DNA of 64,000 nucleotides from positions 6,591 through 70,590 of the forward strand of contig JBCKZY010000002.1 of the NCBI GenBank assembly GCA_038918635.1. Direction: 5' to 3'. This document shows, one piece after another, positions 38,912 to 48,221 of the stretch (its first letter is position 1; every line of letters begins with the position of its first letter). The notes beneath the pieces were generated by a model. That model was not told where the DNA came from and did no database searches. It worked only from the letters and a program-made list of their open reading frames with translations. The position numbers and the translations under genes are program-made. This DNA is from Thermodesulfovibrionia bacterium (GTDB taxonomy: Bacteria > Nitrospirota > Thermodesulfovibrionia > UBA6902).

Positions 38912-39848
38912 GTCTGATATCCGCCGGGCTCTTATAATAAAGGTAATTAAATCCCTTGGCGCCTCCGACCTTAACAACCGCCCTTATGCCATAACCTGTC
39001 TCCTCAGGATCCAGGTAGCCCGTTGTCTCAAACGTATAAGTGTCAGAGCCCGATAACTTTGTGTAAGGAGCCATAAAAGCGTAGTTCTCCCCAAAAAGCA
39101 CCTTCAAGTCAACAACAACTCCGGCTTGCCTGGTCTCTATCAGGACATCTGCAATTTCCTGAGACATCCCGGGGATCGCCATCAGTACTTCTCGCGGCGC
39201 GGCGTTAAGGTTGATCTTGCCGGTCCCGGAATAAACGGTAAGAAAATCTATCAGGCCCTTTTTGTCTTCCTCTCCGTGAAGTATCTCAGGTGTTACGCCT
39301 TTAACCAGCATAAGTTCTTCAAGAGTCTCAAAGTCCGCGTCCTTGGCCGCGTAAGGGTCAGGCAGTGACATGTAATAGTCACTTTCAGCGCCATTAAGCC
39401 TGTAGAAGTCATCGGCATCTTTCCAGTCCATTACCGAGTCTGTAATGGTATCAACCACCTCCAGGTCATGACCGAGAATGCCCAGAAGATTCCTTAATAT
39501 TAACTCAGGTGTTCTGTTTATGTCCACTTTACCGGACTCATCGGTTATGCCAACGCTGTAGTTACCTTCATCAGTCTCAATCACATGCGGGGTACCGTCC
39601 ACTCCCCAGACCTCACTCCCTTCAACGGAGAGGTTACGCATCCGGTATAAAACCTCGGCGACCCCTCTCTCAACCCCTGCCTCGGCAAGGAATTTCATCG
39701 CGACTGATTTTCTGAATGAGAGCGCGGCAAGTGATTCCACCCTTGTCATATAAGTTAATGAGATGGCCATTACCGTCAGCACCGTCAGTACCCACAAGAC
39801 CATTATTAGCACAAACCCCTTTTGTGTCCCGGTTCCATATCTCATCAT
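38889..39848 (-). CDS. gspK: T2SS minor pseudopilin GspK
   Basis: 319 aa. N-terminus QKGFVLIMVLWVLTVLTVMAISL typical of GspK. Confidence 0.7.
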   Translation of the reverse strand: MMRYGTGTQKGFVLIMVLWVLTVLTVMAISLTYMTRVESLAALSFRKSVAMKFLAEAGVERGVAEVLYRMRNLSVEGSEVWGVDGTPHVIETDEGNYSVGITDESGKVDINRTPELILRNLLGILGHDLEVVDTITDSVMDWKDADDFYRLNGAESDYYMSLPDPYAAKDADFETLEELMLVKGVTPEILHGEEDKKGLIDFLTVYSGTGKINLNAAPREVLMAIPGMSQEIADVLIETRQAGVVVDLKVLFGENYAFMAPYTKLSGSDTYTFETTGYLDPEETGYGIRAVVKVGGAKGFNYLYYKSPADIRHDRYDKS

Positions 39849-39893
39849 ATCAATTAATCCCCGCCATAGGGGTCTTCGGGGCCTTCATCATCA

Positions 39894-40601
39894 TCAACAA
39901 CACCCCCCCCCCAACAACCTGTTGGCTTTGCCGGAAAGGTTCCCGGTGACCCTGACAGGGAAAACAATTGAAAAGTCATCTCTGCCGCGCAGAAAGTTAA
40001 GCCTTATCTTCTCCGGCATATTGAGGTTATCATCCCAGGAATCCAGCCACTCCCCGTCCTCTTCAAGAGGGTCATTATGAAAATATTCGAAACTTGCGGT
40101 TTCAAGAGAATCAAGGAGAATGGTCTCTCTAATACTCTCTATACCTATAATATTTTCTGAAGCGGTAAGAAGAAGCTTCCCCTCTTCATCCTCTTCAACC
40201 TTATAACTGACCATCACGTATCCCTTGTCTCCCCCCCATATCGAATAGTTTGAGGAAAACCGGATCGACTCGCCGTCACCCCCGAAATAGTACATCTTCA
40301 CCCCATCTTCAACATAAGTCAGGGGATTAAGCGACTGTACCTGAGAACTGATTATACGGACAGACGCACCGAGCCTCTCAAGTGAGTCGATCTTTCTTTC
40401 CCCGGAATCAACGGCCTTGATGCCGAGCCTCAGGGCTCCTGTCAGGATGCCGACCATCATAGCGATTATCACTAAAGATAACATCAATTCAAGCAGGGTA
40501 AAACCGCCGCTGGAGTTTAATAATAAAGCCTTCCGATTAACACCTGTTCCGCTATATAGTCCGGGAACTGTTGCCACAGGACATTTTATACGTCCGGCCA
40601 T
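39894..40601 (-). CDS. gspJ: T2SS minor pseudopilin GspJ-like (prepilin-type N-terminal methylation motif); true start probably internal
   Basis: GGFTLLELMLSLVIIAMM present. The 3' end contains a C10 homopolymer (39903-39912) encoding the terminal GGG. Confidence 0.6.
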   Translation of the reverse strand: MAGRIKCPVATVPGLYSGTGVNRKALLLNSSGGFTLLELMLSLVIIAMMVGILTGALRLGIKAVDSGERKIDSLERLGASVRIISSQVQSLNPLTYVEDGVKMYYFGGDGESIRFSSNYSIWGGDKGYVMVSYKVEEDEEGKLLLTASENIIGIESIRETILLDSLETASFEYFHNDPLEEDGEWLDSWDDNLNMPEKIRLNFLRGRDDFSIVFPVRVTGNLSGKANRLLGGGCC

Positions 40602-40775
40602 AGATTACTGCTCCTTAATGTTAAACTACTCAGGTTGTCAGGTTCACGGTTCACAGCACGAGCCTCGCCAAAGGCGGGTTCACGGTTGGTCGCCTTATAT
40701 TTTTTATATAGTTAGTAAATCCATTCGAGTGTCGGCTGCCATATCGCAATATCTTCAAGCCACTTAATTTTGATA

Positions 40776-40924
40776 CATTCGTAAAAAGTCTTGTTTCCCC
40801 TCCCCTGGTGGGAGGGGATTAAGGGGAGGGGGACATAAGCATTTGAAATAAAACTTTTTTCACCCTCACCCTAACCCTCTCCCGTCAAGGGAGAGGGAGT
40901 TTCTGGACTTTTTACGAGTGCATC
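40776..40924 (+). repeat. MITE-like GC-rich structured element, copy 2, with both terminal inverted repeats; inserted between gspJ and gspI
   Basis: cattcgtaaaaagtc at 40776-40790 and gactttttacgagtgcatc at 40906-40924. Interior is nearly identical to 845-985. Confidence 0.6.
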
Positions 40925-41008
40925 AATTTTCATTATTTTCTAACCTTGAACCTCGGTACGAGTCGATTCCGACCTGGAACTGTGAACCTGAGTAGTCACT
41001 CTTTGTCT

Positions 41009-41446
41009 TTAAATCTGCTTTTCAACAAGCTTTACCGTCATCAGGTTCAGCGCCCGTTCTTTATCATCCCTCAACCACCGGAACTTAATCGTGACCTCAA
41101 GAAGCCTGACAAATAAATCCTCTGTCCTCTCTTCTTCAATGCCTTTAACGGTAACGATTGTATCATAACCGTCTTCTGTTGACTCAACCCAGGAACCCTC
41201 CTCCAGTTCATCGCTATCAAGTATCTCTCTCATAACCGACTCTGCCTTTATAGCAGCCTTCACATAATCATCCGCTTCGGTTATTCCCTTAAGGTCACTT
41301 GAAAAAATTTGCAAAACACCCGTTAACGCTATTCCGACTATGGCAAGCGAAACAAGTATCTCAAGGAGGGTAAACCCCCTTTCCCGCTGAGAAACAGGCT
41401 GATTATTTCTTAAATCTGTAAGCATTGCGTATTTCCCTATATTCAT
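41009..41446 (-). CDS. gspI: T2SS minor pseudopilin GspI
   Basis: 145 aa. RGFTLLEILVSLAIVGIAL prepilin motif. Confidence 0.65.
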   Translation of the reverse strand: MNIGKYAMLTDLRNNQPVSQRERGFTLLEILVSLAIVGIALTGVLQIFSSDLKGITEADDYVKAAIKAESVMREILDSDELEEGSWVESTEDGYDTIVTVKGIEEERTEDLFVRLLEVTIKFRWLRDDKERALNLMTVKLVEKQI

Positions 41447-41507
41447 TTACTGTAACTACTCAAGTATATTTTCTTTATCCCCCTTTTCCAAAGGGGGAGA
41501 CCTGAAT

Positions 41508-42002
41508 TTACTTTATTACAGTCGCGCCTACAACAGGGTCTATAACTATCTTAACTTCCCTTTTTTTGTTCCACAGGACTATAGTGCCGCCCCCGGGCCC
41601 GCCTGAAAAACTGAATATAAGCCTGTATATACCTTCATTTACCTCTCCGCTGAATGTATCAATAACCTTCAGGTCTATCCCTTCCGGTATCTCCTTATCA
41701 CCGCGGCCCTCAATACCATATCTTTTTGAATCAATGTCAATCGTAACAACCTGTTTTTTGCCGCTTTTCTGTAAAAGGTATTTTGCGTGACGTATTGTCG
41801 CCGCCATATCCCTTGCGGTTGAGTTAAACCTGCTTGATGGGAGTGCACTGGAGATAAATACTGTTGATATTGACAGCATGAGAATAATAATCGACATAAC
41901 TATCAATAGTTCAAGGAGCGTGAATCCTTTCCTGTTCCGAAACACTTGATCAGTAATGCGTGATAGGTTTTTATTCTGGTTCATTCTTGAAAAAGTCGCC
42001 AT
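41508..42002 (-). CDS. pseudopilin GspH-like (possibly the GspG-equivalent); start moved to ATG at 42002
   Basis: KGFTLLELLIVMSIIILML present. The upstream part of the ORF-track ORF covers a REP element. Confidence 0.55.
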   Translation of the reverse strand: MATFSRMNQNKNLSRITDQVFRNRKGFTLLELLIVMSIIILMLSISTVFISSALPSSRFNSTARDMAATIRHAKYLLQKSGKKQVVTIDIDSKRYGIEGRGDKEIPEGIDLKVIDTFSGEVNEGIYRLIFSFSGGPGGGTIVLWNKKREVKIVIDPVVGATVIK

Positions 42003-42019
42003 AGAGGAAAAGGATTCAG

Positions 42020-42080
42020 GGATTCGAGCCTGCCTACCGGCCCGCTTCGCCGAATCGAGGCGAGCAGGCAGGGGTTCGAG
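42020..42080. repeat. REP-like element (minimal form)
   Basis: gcctgcctaccggcccgcttcgccgaatcgaggcgagcaggcagg, flanked by gattcgag/ggttcgag. Confidence 0.7.
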
Positions 42081-42251
42081 TTTTTGTTTTCTGAAATTTT
42101 GTAAGTGCCTTAATCTTTTCGCTTGAATCCTTGACTCCTCGACCCCTTGAACCCTATTTAGCATTTGATATTAATTGCAACTTCTATATTTAGTTTAAAA
42201 TTATCAACTACAACACGTAAGAGAGTATATCTCTTCTCGTGTTACTCATTA

Positions 42252-43445
42252 CTAATACGGCAGGTCGGTAACGCTGATTATGGCGGTAAGCATTGAGATA
42301 ACTATAAAACCTATGAGAAGAGCCATAAAAATCACCATGGCGGGTTGAAGCAGACCTACAAACCTCTTAATGGCAGACCTTAAACTCTTCTCATATGTGG
42401 TCGCAACCTGAAGAAGCATAGTGTCGAGTTGCCCCGTCTCCTCCCCTACTTTTATCATTGAGAGGGCAAGCGGAGGGAATACCTTCGCTCTTGTCAGCGG
42501 GGCGGTTATACCCTTCCCCTCTTTTACGTCTTTTGATACGGTATCAATTGAAGAGGCTATTACCCTGTTGCTTATTATATCCTTTGAATTGTTCAGGGCC
42601 TGGATCATCGGTACACCGCTTCGCAGAAGCGTGCCAAGTGTCCGGGTAAACCTTGCGGTCTCAAGCTGTGTTATTATCTCGCCAGCCAGCCTGAGTTTAG
42701 CCGCATCCCAATTGTACCTGCCTGCCGGAGACTTCACATAACTCCTGAAGGAGAGCCACGCGGTCACTGACAGCAGAATTAGAAGCCACCAGTAAGATAC
42801 AATAATGTCACTTGCCGTGATTATAACCTGAGTTGAGACGGGAATAGATGTGCCGAGGTCCTCAAATATTGAGTTGAAACTGGGGAAGACGTAGACCAGT
42901 AGAACTATAATAGATGCTATGCCGGTCACGAAGAGTATAGCAGGATATATCATGGCGGATACGACATGCTCCTTCAGGTCCTTGCTGGACTCCAGGAACT
43001 CATTTAACTTATCAAGAACTATGTTAAGAACACCGCCTGACTCCCCTGCTCTCACCATGTTCACATAGAGCCTTGAAAAAATATTCGGATGCCTCTGGAG
43101 AGCCTCAGAAAAAGAACTCCCCTCTCTTATTGACTTTAGAACGGATTTAACTATTACCTTCATCTTACCGCCCTCTGATATCTCGGAGAGAATATTAAGA
43201 GTTCTGTCAAGAGGTAACCCCGCGTTAAGCAGGGCGGAGAGCTCAGTGGTAAAGGTGAGAATGTCCACCTTTGGGGACCTTGAAATAAATCTCTTCCTGA
43301 ACCCTTCTTTTGGTGCGGTAATCTTTAACGGGATAAGACCTGAATTCTTCAGCAGGTCTTTAGCGGTTTTCTCATCAACCGCCTCTATTACCCCCTCTGT
43401 AATAGCTCCGTCAAGGGAGGTGGCCCTGTATGAAAATATCGCCAC
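42252..43445 (-). CDS. gspF: T2SS inner-membrane platform protein GspF
   Basis: 397 aa, GspF/PilC family. Two repeated cytoplasmic domains with three TM helices. Confidence 0.9.
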   Translation of the reverse strand: MAIFSYRATSLDGAITEGVIEAVDEKTAKDLLKNSGLIPLKITAPKEGFRKRFISRSPKVDILTFTTELSALLNAGLPLDRTLNILSEISEGGKMKVIVKSVLKSIREGSSFSEALQRHPNIFSRLYVNMVRAGESGGVLNIVLDKLNEFLESSKDLKEHVVSAMIYPAILFVTGIASIIVLLVYVFPSFNSIFEDLGTSIPVSTQVIITASDIIVSYWWLLILLSVTAWLSFRSYVKSPAGRYNWDAAKLRLAGEIITQLETARFTRTLGTLLRSGVPMIQALNNSKDIISNRVIASSIDTVSKDVKEGKGITAPLTRAKVFPPLALSMIKVGEETGQLDTMLLQVATTYEKSLRSAIKRFVGLLQPAMVIFMALLIGFIVISMLTAIISVTDLPY

Positions 43446-43446
43446 C

Positions 43447-44988
43447 TTACCCCTCCTGAGTAACCCTTAAGACCTCTTCAAGAGTCGTTATCCCTTTTTT
43501 TATCTTTTCAGTCCCGTCCTCCATCAATGTCCTCATCCCACGATCCCTCGCCATCTCCCTTATCTGGCTGGAGTCCGAGTTCTTAAGAATAAGCCTGCGT
43601 ATATCTTCGTCCATCACAAGAAGCTCGAATATCGCGATCCTGCCGTAATAGCCTGTATTGGCGCATCGTTCGCATCCCCTCCCCCTGTAAATGGTGGCAT
43701 CCCCACTGCCAATATACGAAAGCTCCCCGGTTCCAGCCCCTGACAAAACCTCCTCCCTGCAAGAAGAGCAGATCACCCTCACGAGTCTCTGGGCAAGTAT
43801 TCCGGTAACCGTGGAAGAGAGAAGGAAATTTTCAACGCCCATATCAAGGAGCCGGGTGACAGCGCTGGGAGCATCGTTCGTATGCAGGGTTGAGAAAACC
43901 AGATGCCCTGTAAGGGCGGACTGTATGGCGATCTTGGCCGTCTCGAGGTCTCTAATCTCTCCAATCATGATAACATCCGGGTCCTGCCTCACTATATGAC
44001 GCAGGGTATTGGCAAAGTTCAGGTCAATCTGCCGGTTAAGCTGTATCTGGTTTATCCCCTTGATCTGGTACTCGATAGGGTCCTCAACGGTAATTATTTT
44101 CTTGTCAGGAGAATTAAGCCTGTCAAGCGCTCCGTAGAGCGTGGTTGTCTTTCCGCTTCCGGTTGGGCCTGTAACGAGAATAATACCGTTTGGTTTATTT
44201 ATCAGTTTGAAGAATCCCGATAGTGTCTCCGGCGGAAATCCCAGGGTGTTCAGATCTATCACGACCCCTTCCTTAAGCAGAATCCTCATGACGACGCTCT
44301 CTCCGTGGAGAACCGGTATCGTGGAGACCCTCAGATCCACCTCTTTTTCACCGACCCTGAGCCTTATCCGGCCATCCTGCGGCAGTCTTCTCTCGGCAAT
44401 ATTCAGCTTTGCCATAATCTTGACCCTCGATACAACCGCTGCCTGCAGTTTTTTCGGGATAGACTCTGTCTCATGCATCACCCCGTCAATACGGTACCTG
44501 ATCTTCAGTTCATCCTCAAAAGGCTCTATATGAATATCGCTTGCCCTGCTGTCAACGGCCCTTGTAATAAAAAGGTTTACCAGCCTTATTATCGGGGCCT
44601 CAGAAGCAAGGTCCTTCAGATGCCCGACATCATCTTCATCTTCAGATATGAATTCAAAGCCCGTCTCGCCCATGTCCTCGATAATGCTGTTTACATTCTC
44701 TGCCTTCTGAGTATAGAATTTCGAGATGTAATCATTGAGGGACTTTCTGTCCGCTGTCAAGACGATAATATCTGCTGATGTTGCCACTCTCAGGGCATCA
44801 ATAGTCTCAATATCATCCGGGTCTGCCATGGCTACCTTAAGAACATCGCCCTTGATCTCAATTGGAACAACAAGGTTCTCCCTTATGAAGCGGGATGATA
44901 TACCATTGATCACAAAAGGAACTTTAGGCAGATCGTCACTATGGATGAATGCACTTTGTGAGACAGGGGTTGGATCGATATCAGGCAT
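43447..44988 (-). CDS. gspE: T2SS ATPase GspE
   Basis: 513 aa. Walker A GPTGSGKTTTLY. Tetracysteine motif CSSC...CERC. Asp and His boxes present. Confidence 0.9.
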   Translation of the reverse strand: MPDIDPTPVSQSAFIHSDDLPKVPFVINGISSRFIRENLVVPIEIKGDVLKVAMADPDDIETIDALRVATSADIIVLTADRKSLNDYISKFYTQKAENVNSIIEDMGETGFEFISEDEDDVGHLKDLASEAPIIRLVNLFITRAVDSRASDIHIEPFEDELKIRYRIDGVMHETESIPKKLQAAVVSRVKIMAKLNIAERRLPQDGRIRLRVGEKEVDLRVSTIPVLHGESVVMRILLKEGVVIDLNTLGFPPETLSGFFKLINKPNGIILVTGPTGSGKTTTLYGALDRLNSPDKKIITVEDPIEYQIKGINQIQLNRQIDLNFANTLRHIVRQDPDVIMIGEIRDLETAKIAIQSALTGHLVFSTLHTNDAPSAVTRLLDMGVENFLLSSTVTGILAQRLVRVICSSCREEVLSGAGTGELSYIGSGDATIYRGRGCERCANTGYYGRIAIFELLVMDEDIRRLILKNSDSSQIREMARDRGMRTLMEDGTEKIKKGITTLEEVLRVTQEG

Positions 44989-45373
44989 AGAAAATTATAA
45001 CATATGGCCATTAATTATTATCAAACTCAGCAGGGGAATTATGGTGTTTGAAGAGAATATAAGTTATACTATTTTGCAGCAAATAAGTCCATGCACGACA
45101 ATATATTCTGGGACAATCGGTAAAAGATGCAGGATACACGATGCATGATACAGGATGCAAATCAAGATTTCAACGCTCAAATGCAATTAATAAACCATAT
45201 TATTAAACTAATAACACTTGAACCTCGATGCGAGTCGGAGTTTACTCGTATCGAGCTGAGAGCCGCTCCGTCCTGGACTCCTCGAACCCTATTTAGTTAG
45301 CATTGAATATTAATTGCAGGTTTTATATTTAATTTATAATCATCAACTACAACACAAAAGAGTGTAATTTTTT

Positions 45374-46270
45374 ATGATTAGCGTTATCATACCAACCCAT
45401 AACGCGGAGCGGTATATCCACGATTTACTGACCTCGCTGAAGGGGCAGTCGGTCAGCTGCGAGATTATCGTTATAGACTCCTCATCCTCTGACTGCACCA
45501 TCAGGATAGCAGATTCTTTTAACGTCAAGACAAAAATTATAATAAAGAGGAGTTTCGATCACGGCGGCACGAGAAATCTGGCTGTTACAAAGGCCACTGG
45601 AGACATTATAGTCTTTCTTACTCAGGATGCCTTGCCTGCCGACAGATATTTCCTTGAGCAGCTCATAAAACCCCTTGAAAATCCTGACATTGCCGCTACA
45701 TACGGCAGACAGATTCCCAGAGCAGACGCTAAGCCCATAGAGAGATTCACAAGAGCATTCAATTACCCTGACACACCGATCTTAAAAGACCGAAAGAGTA
45801 TATCAGAACTGGGAATAAAGACATTCTTCTTCAGCAATGTCTGTTCCGCGATACGGACAAGGGAGTTTGAAATGCTTGGAGGTTTTACCGAAATGGTGAT
45901 AATGAACGAAGATATGCTGTTTGCCGGCAAGTTGATACAGAACGGGTACAAGATAGCATACGTGCCTGAGGCAGAGGTCATACATTCACATAACTACTCA
46001 TGGCTGCAGCAATTCAGGAGATACTTCGATATCGGAGTTTTTCTTAAAAACAACTCAAAGGACCTGGATTATGCAAAACCGTATAATGTCGGCGCAAAGT
46101 TCCTGATAGAGGGAGTTTTTCTCCTCCTGAGAAACAGGGATTACATATGGATGCCTTATGTGATTGGAGAAGCGGTTTCCAAATATTTAGGCTATAAGTC
46201 CGGGCAGAATTATTCCTTAATCCCCAACCAGATGAGAAGAAAGTTGAGCATGCATAGCAACTACTGGTAG
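45374..46270 (+). CDS. glycosyltransferase family 2
   Basis: ISVIIPTHNAERYI and VIDSSSSD present. Confidence 0.8.
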   Translation: MISVIIPTHNAERYIHDLLTSLKGQSVSCEIIVIDSSSSDCTIRIADSFNVKTKIIIKRSFDHGGTRNLAVTKATGDIIVFLTQDALPADRYFLEQLIKPLENPDIAATYGRQIPRADAKPIERFTRAFNYPDTPILKDRKSISELGIKTFFFSNVCSAIRTREFEMLGGFTEMVIMNEDMLFAGKLIQNGYKIAYVPEAEVIHSHNYSWLQQFRRYFDIGVFLKNNSKDLDYAKPYNVGAKFLIEGVFLLLRNRDYIWMPYVIGEAVSKYLGYKSGQNYSLIPNQMRRKLSMHSNYW

Positions 46271-46439
46271 GGGATAGAACGGGGTTAAGGTTTAGTATTC
46301 AGAGACCTGGAGATACTCTTCAATTCATCCCAGTCACATGCTGTAAATGCAGGAAACTAAAAGGACGACCTTACCCCCTGCTCCGGCATTGATAATAATC
46401 ACTCAAACTGGATAAAAATAGAATGAATCACGGATGCCG

Positions 46440-46640
46440 ACTCATCGGCATAAAAAGAAATGTAAATATTGGACTGTCACTCCCGCTTGTCGGGAGTCAA
46501 ATTGCAGGAGAACTCTTGACACAGAGGATCGATTCTCGAAACGAGTCTCCGCGAAGAGTCGCTCCGACCGGACAAGCCGGCCTGTCCCGGTTTATCCGTT
46601 CTCCGTAGCACTGCGAAGGATGAATCGGGGAATGACACAT
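46440..46640. repeat. intergenic hairpin-repeat module related to 17130-17460
   Basis: ctcccgcttgtcgggag and ccggacaagccgg hairpins. Shares ccgttctccgtagca and cgaaggatgaat blocks. Confidence 0.55.
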
Positions 46641-46654
46641 TAGAGGTGTTTCCA

Positions 46655-47806
46655 ATGAAAACCGCTATTATACATGAATGGCTTCTAAGTTATGCAGGAT
46701 CTGAAAAGGTTCTGAAACATATAATCGCCCTTTATCCAGAAGCCGATCTTTTCAGTATCCTGGATTTTCTCCCTGACGGTAACAGGGGGTTTATTCTTGA
46801 CAAGAAAGTCAATACGTCATTTATCCAGAAGCTTCCTTTTGCAAAAAGCAAATACCGAAGTTACCTGGCGCTCATGCCATTTGCCGTCAGGAACCTGGAC
46901 CTGTCAGGGTACGACCTTATCATATCAAGTTCACACACCGTTGCAAAAGGCATTATAAAAAGACCGGGCCAGCTCCATATATCATATTGCCATACCCCTA
47001 TGAGATATATATGGGATCTGGAAAGTCAGTATCTGAAAGAGACCGGACTGGATAAGGGCATAAAGAGCACTTTATTAAAGGCGTTCTTCAACAGGCTCAG
47101 GAAATGGGATGTTTCAACAGCAAAATCAGTTGATTTTTTCATTGCCAATTCCAACTACATTAAAGACAGGATAAAAAGGGTTTATAATAGAGACGCCACG
47201 GTGATTCACCCGCCTGTTGAGATTGAAGATTTCCAGCTAAAGACCGGAAGAGAGGAATTCTATATCACAGTCTCCAGAATGGTCCCCTATAAAAAAGTCG
47301 ATCTTATAGTTCAGGCATTCTCCAGCATGGGTCTGCCACTTATAGTAGTGGGTGATGGGCCGGATTTCAACAAGGTCAGAAAGAAGGCCTGTAAGAATAT
47401 TGAATTAATAGGCTATCTAAGGGATGATGTACTGAAAATATATTTGCAAAAAGCGAGGGCATTTATTTTTGCGGCTGAAGAAGATTTTGGGATAGCTCCG
47501 GTTGAGGCACAGGCCTGCGGCACACCGGTAATCGCGTTCGGAAGGGGCGGGATCAGGGACACAGTAATCCCCCTTCTGGAGATCGGAGAAAAAAATCAAT
47601 CACGCAACATCGCCCCGCCAACCGGAATCTTTTTCAATGAGCAAACACCATCTTCTCTGATCAAAGCCGTTAAGATGTTTGAGACTGTTGAGGATAAGTT
47701 CAACTCCCGAGAAATAAGAAGAAACGCCGAAAAGTTCAATGTTGACAGGTTTAGAAAAAATTTTAAGAATTTTGTTAATGAAAAAGTTGAAGAGTTCTTT
47801 AAATAA
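46655..47806 (+). CDS. glycosyltransferase family 4
   Basis: EDFGIAPVEAQACGTPVIAFGRGG present. RBS gaggtg 8 nt upstream of the ATG. Confidence 0.8.
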   Translation: MKTAIIHEWLLSYAGSEKVLKHIIALYPEADLFSILDFLPDGNRGFILDKKVNTSFIQKLPFAKSKYRSYLALMPFAVRNLDLSGYDLIISSSHTVAKGIIKRPGQLHISYCHTPMRYIWDLESQYLKETGLDKGIKSTLLKAFFNRLRKWDVSTAKSVDFFIANSNYIKDRIKRVYNRDATVIHPPVEIEDFQLKTGREEFYITVSRMVPYKKVDLIVQAFSSMGLPLIVVGDGPDFNKVRKKACKNIELIGYLRDDVLKIYLQKARAFIFAAEEDFGIAPVEAQACGTPVIAFGRGGIRDTVIPLLEIGEKNQSRNIAPPTGIFFNEQTPSSLIKAVKMFETVEDKFNSREIRRNAEKFNVDRFRKNFKNFVNEKVEEFFK

Positions 47807-47960
47807 TCGCTTGCTACAGCTCCTCATAGCATTTACTAAACGTGTGAATACTTTTCCTGACTTCTCCACCTTGTTCGAAAAGGGTCCGAGGAGTCTAGGA
47901 TCCAAGGATTCAAGTGAAAAACATTGATAACAGAAATATTACATAAAAAACATGATTCAA

Positions 47961-48140
47961 ATAAATTCTTGCCCGTCTCGCTCGCCTCGGGGCCTGTCTT
48001 ACCAGTAGCGGACGAAGCAACGGGCCGAGGGCTGTAAGGGCGGAATCTTTTATCTTTATTTGTTACCTCGAACCCTCGAATCCTTTTCGCTTCAGCGAAT
48101 CCCGATTTGTCGGGAGACCCCTTGAATCCTCGAATCCTGA
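47961..48140. repeat. REP-like element (reverse orientation, long form) plus YTTGAACCC-type tail
   Basis: gcccgtctcgctcgcctcggggcctgtcttaccagtagcggacgaagcaacgggccgagg is the reverse complement of the 7471-7520 module. Tail: cctcgaaccctcgaatcc...cccgatttgtcggg...cttgaatcctcgaatcc. Confidence 0.7.
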
Positions 48141-48221
48141 AAAGAGAAGTTATCACATCGGGACTTTACGTGCTTTTTAGTAACTAAATGGGAGAAGAAC
48201 CTTGATTACTAATTGATCTTG

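Noticed and set aside
42060-42085. tRNA-like T-arm strings (ggttcgag, tcgaatcc) in several intergenic regions
   Set aside because: No acceptor stem, anticodon arm or cloverleaf could be built around them. They are part of the YTTGAACCC tandem motif family.
41508-42164. Full 218-aa extent of the pseudopilin ORF
   Set aside because: The upstream 54 codons run through the REP element at 42020-42080. The start was reset to the ATG at 42002, which gives a normal prepilin leader.
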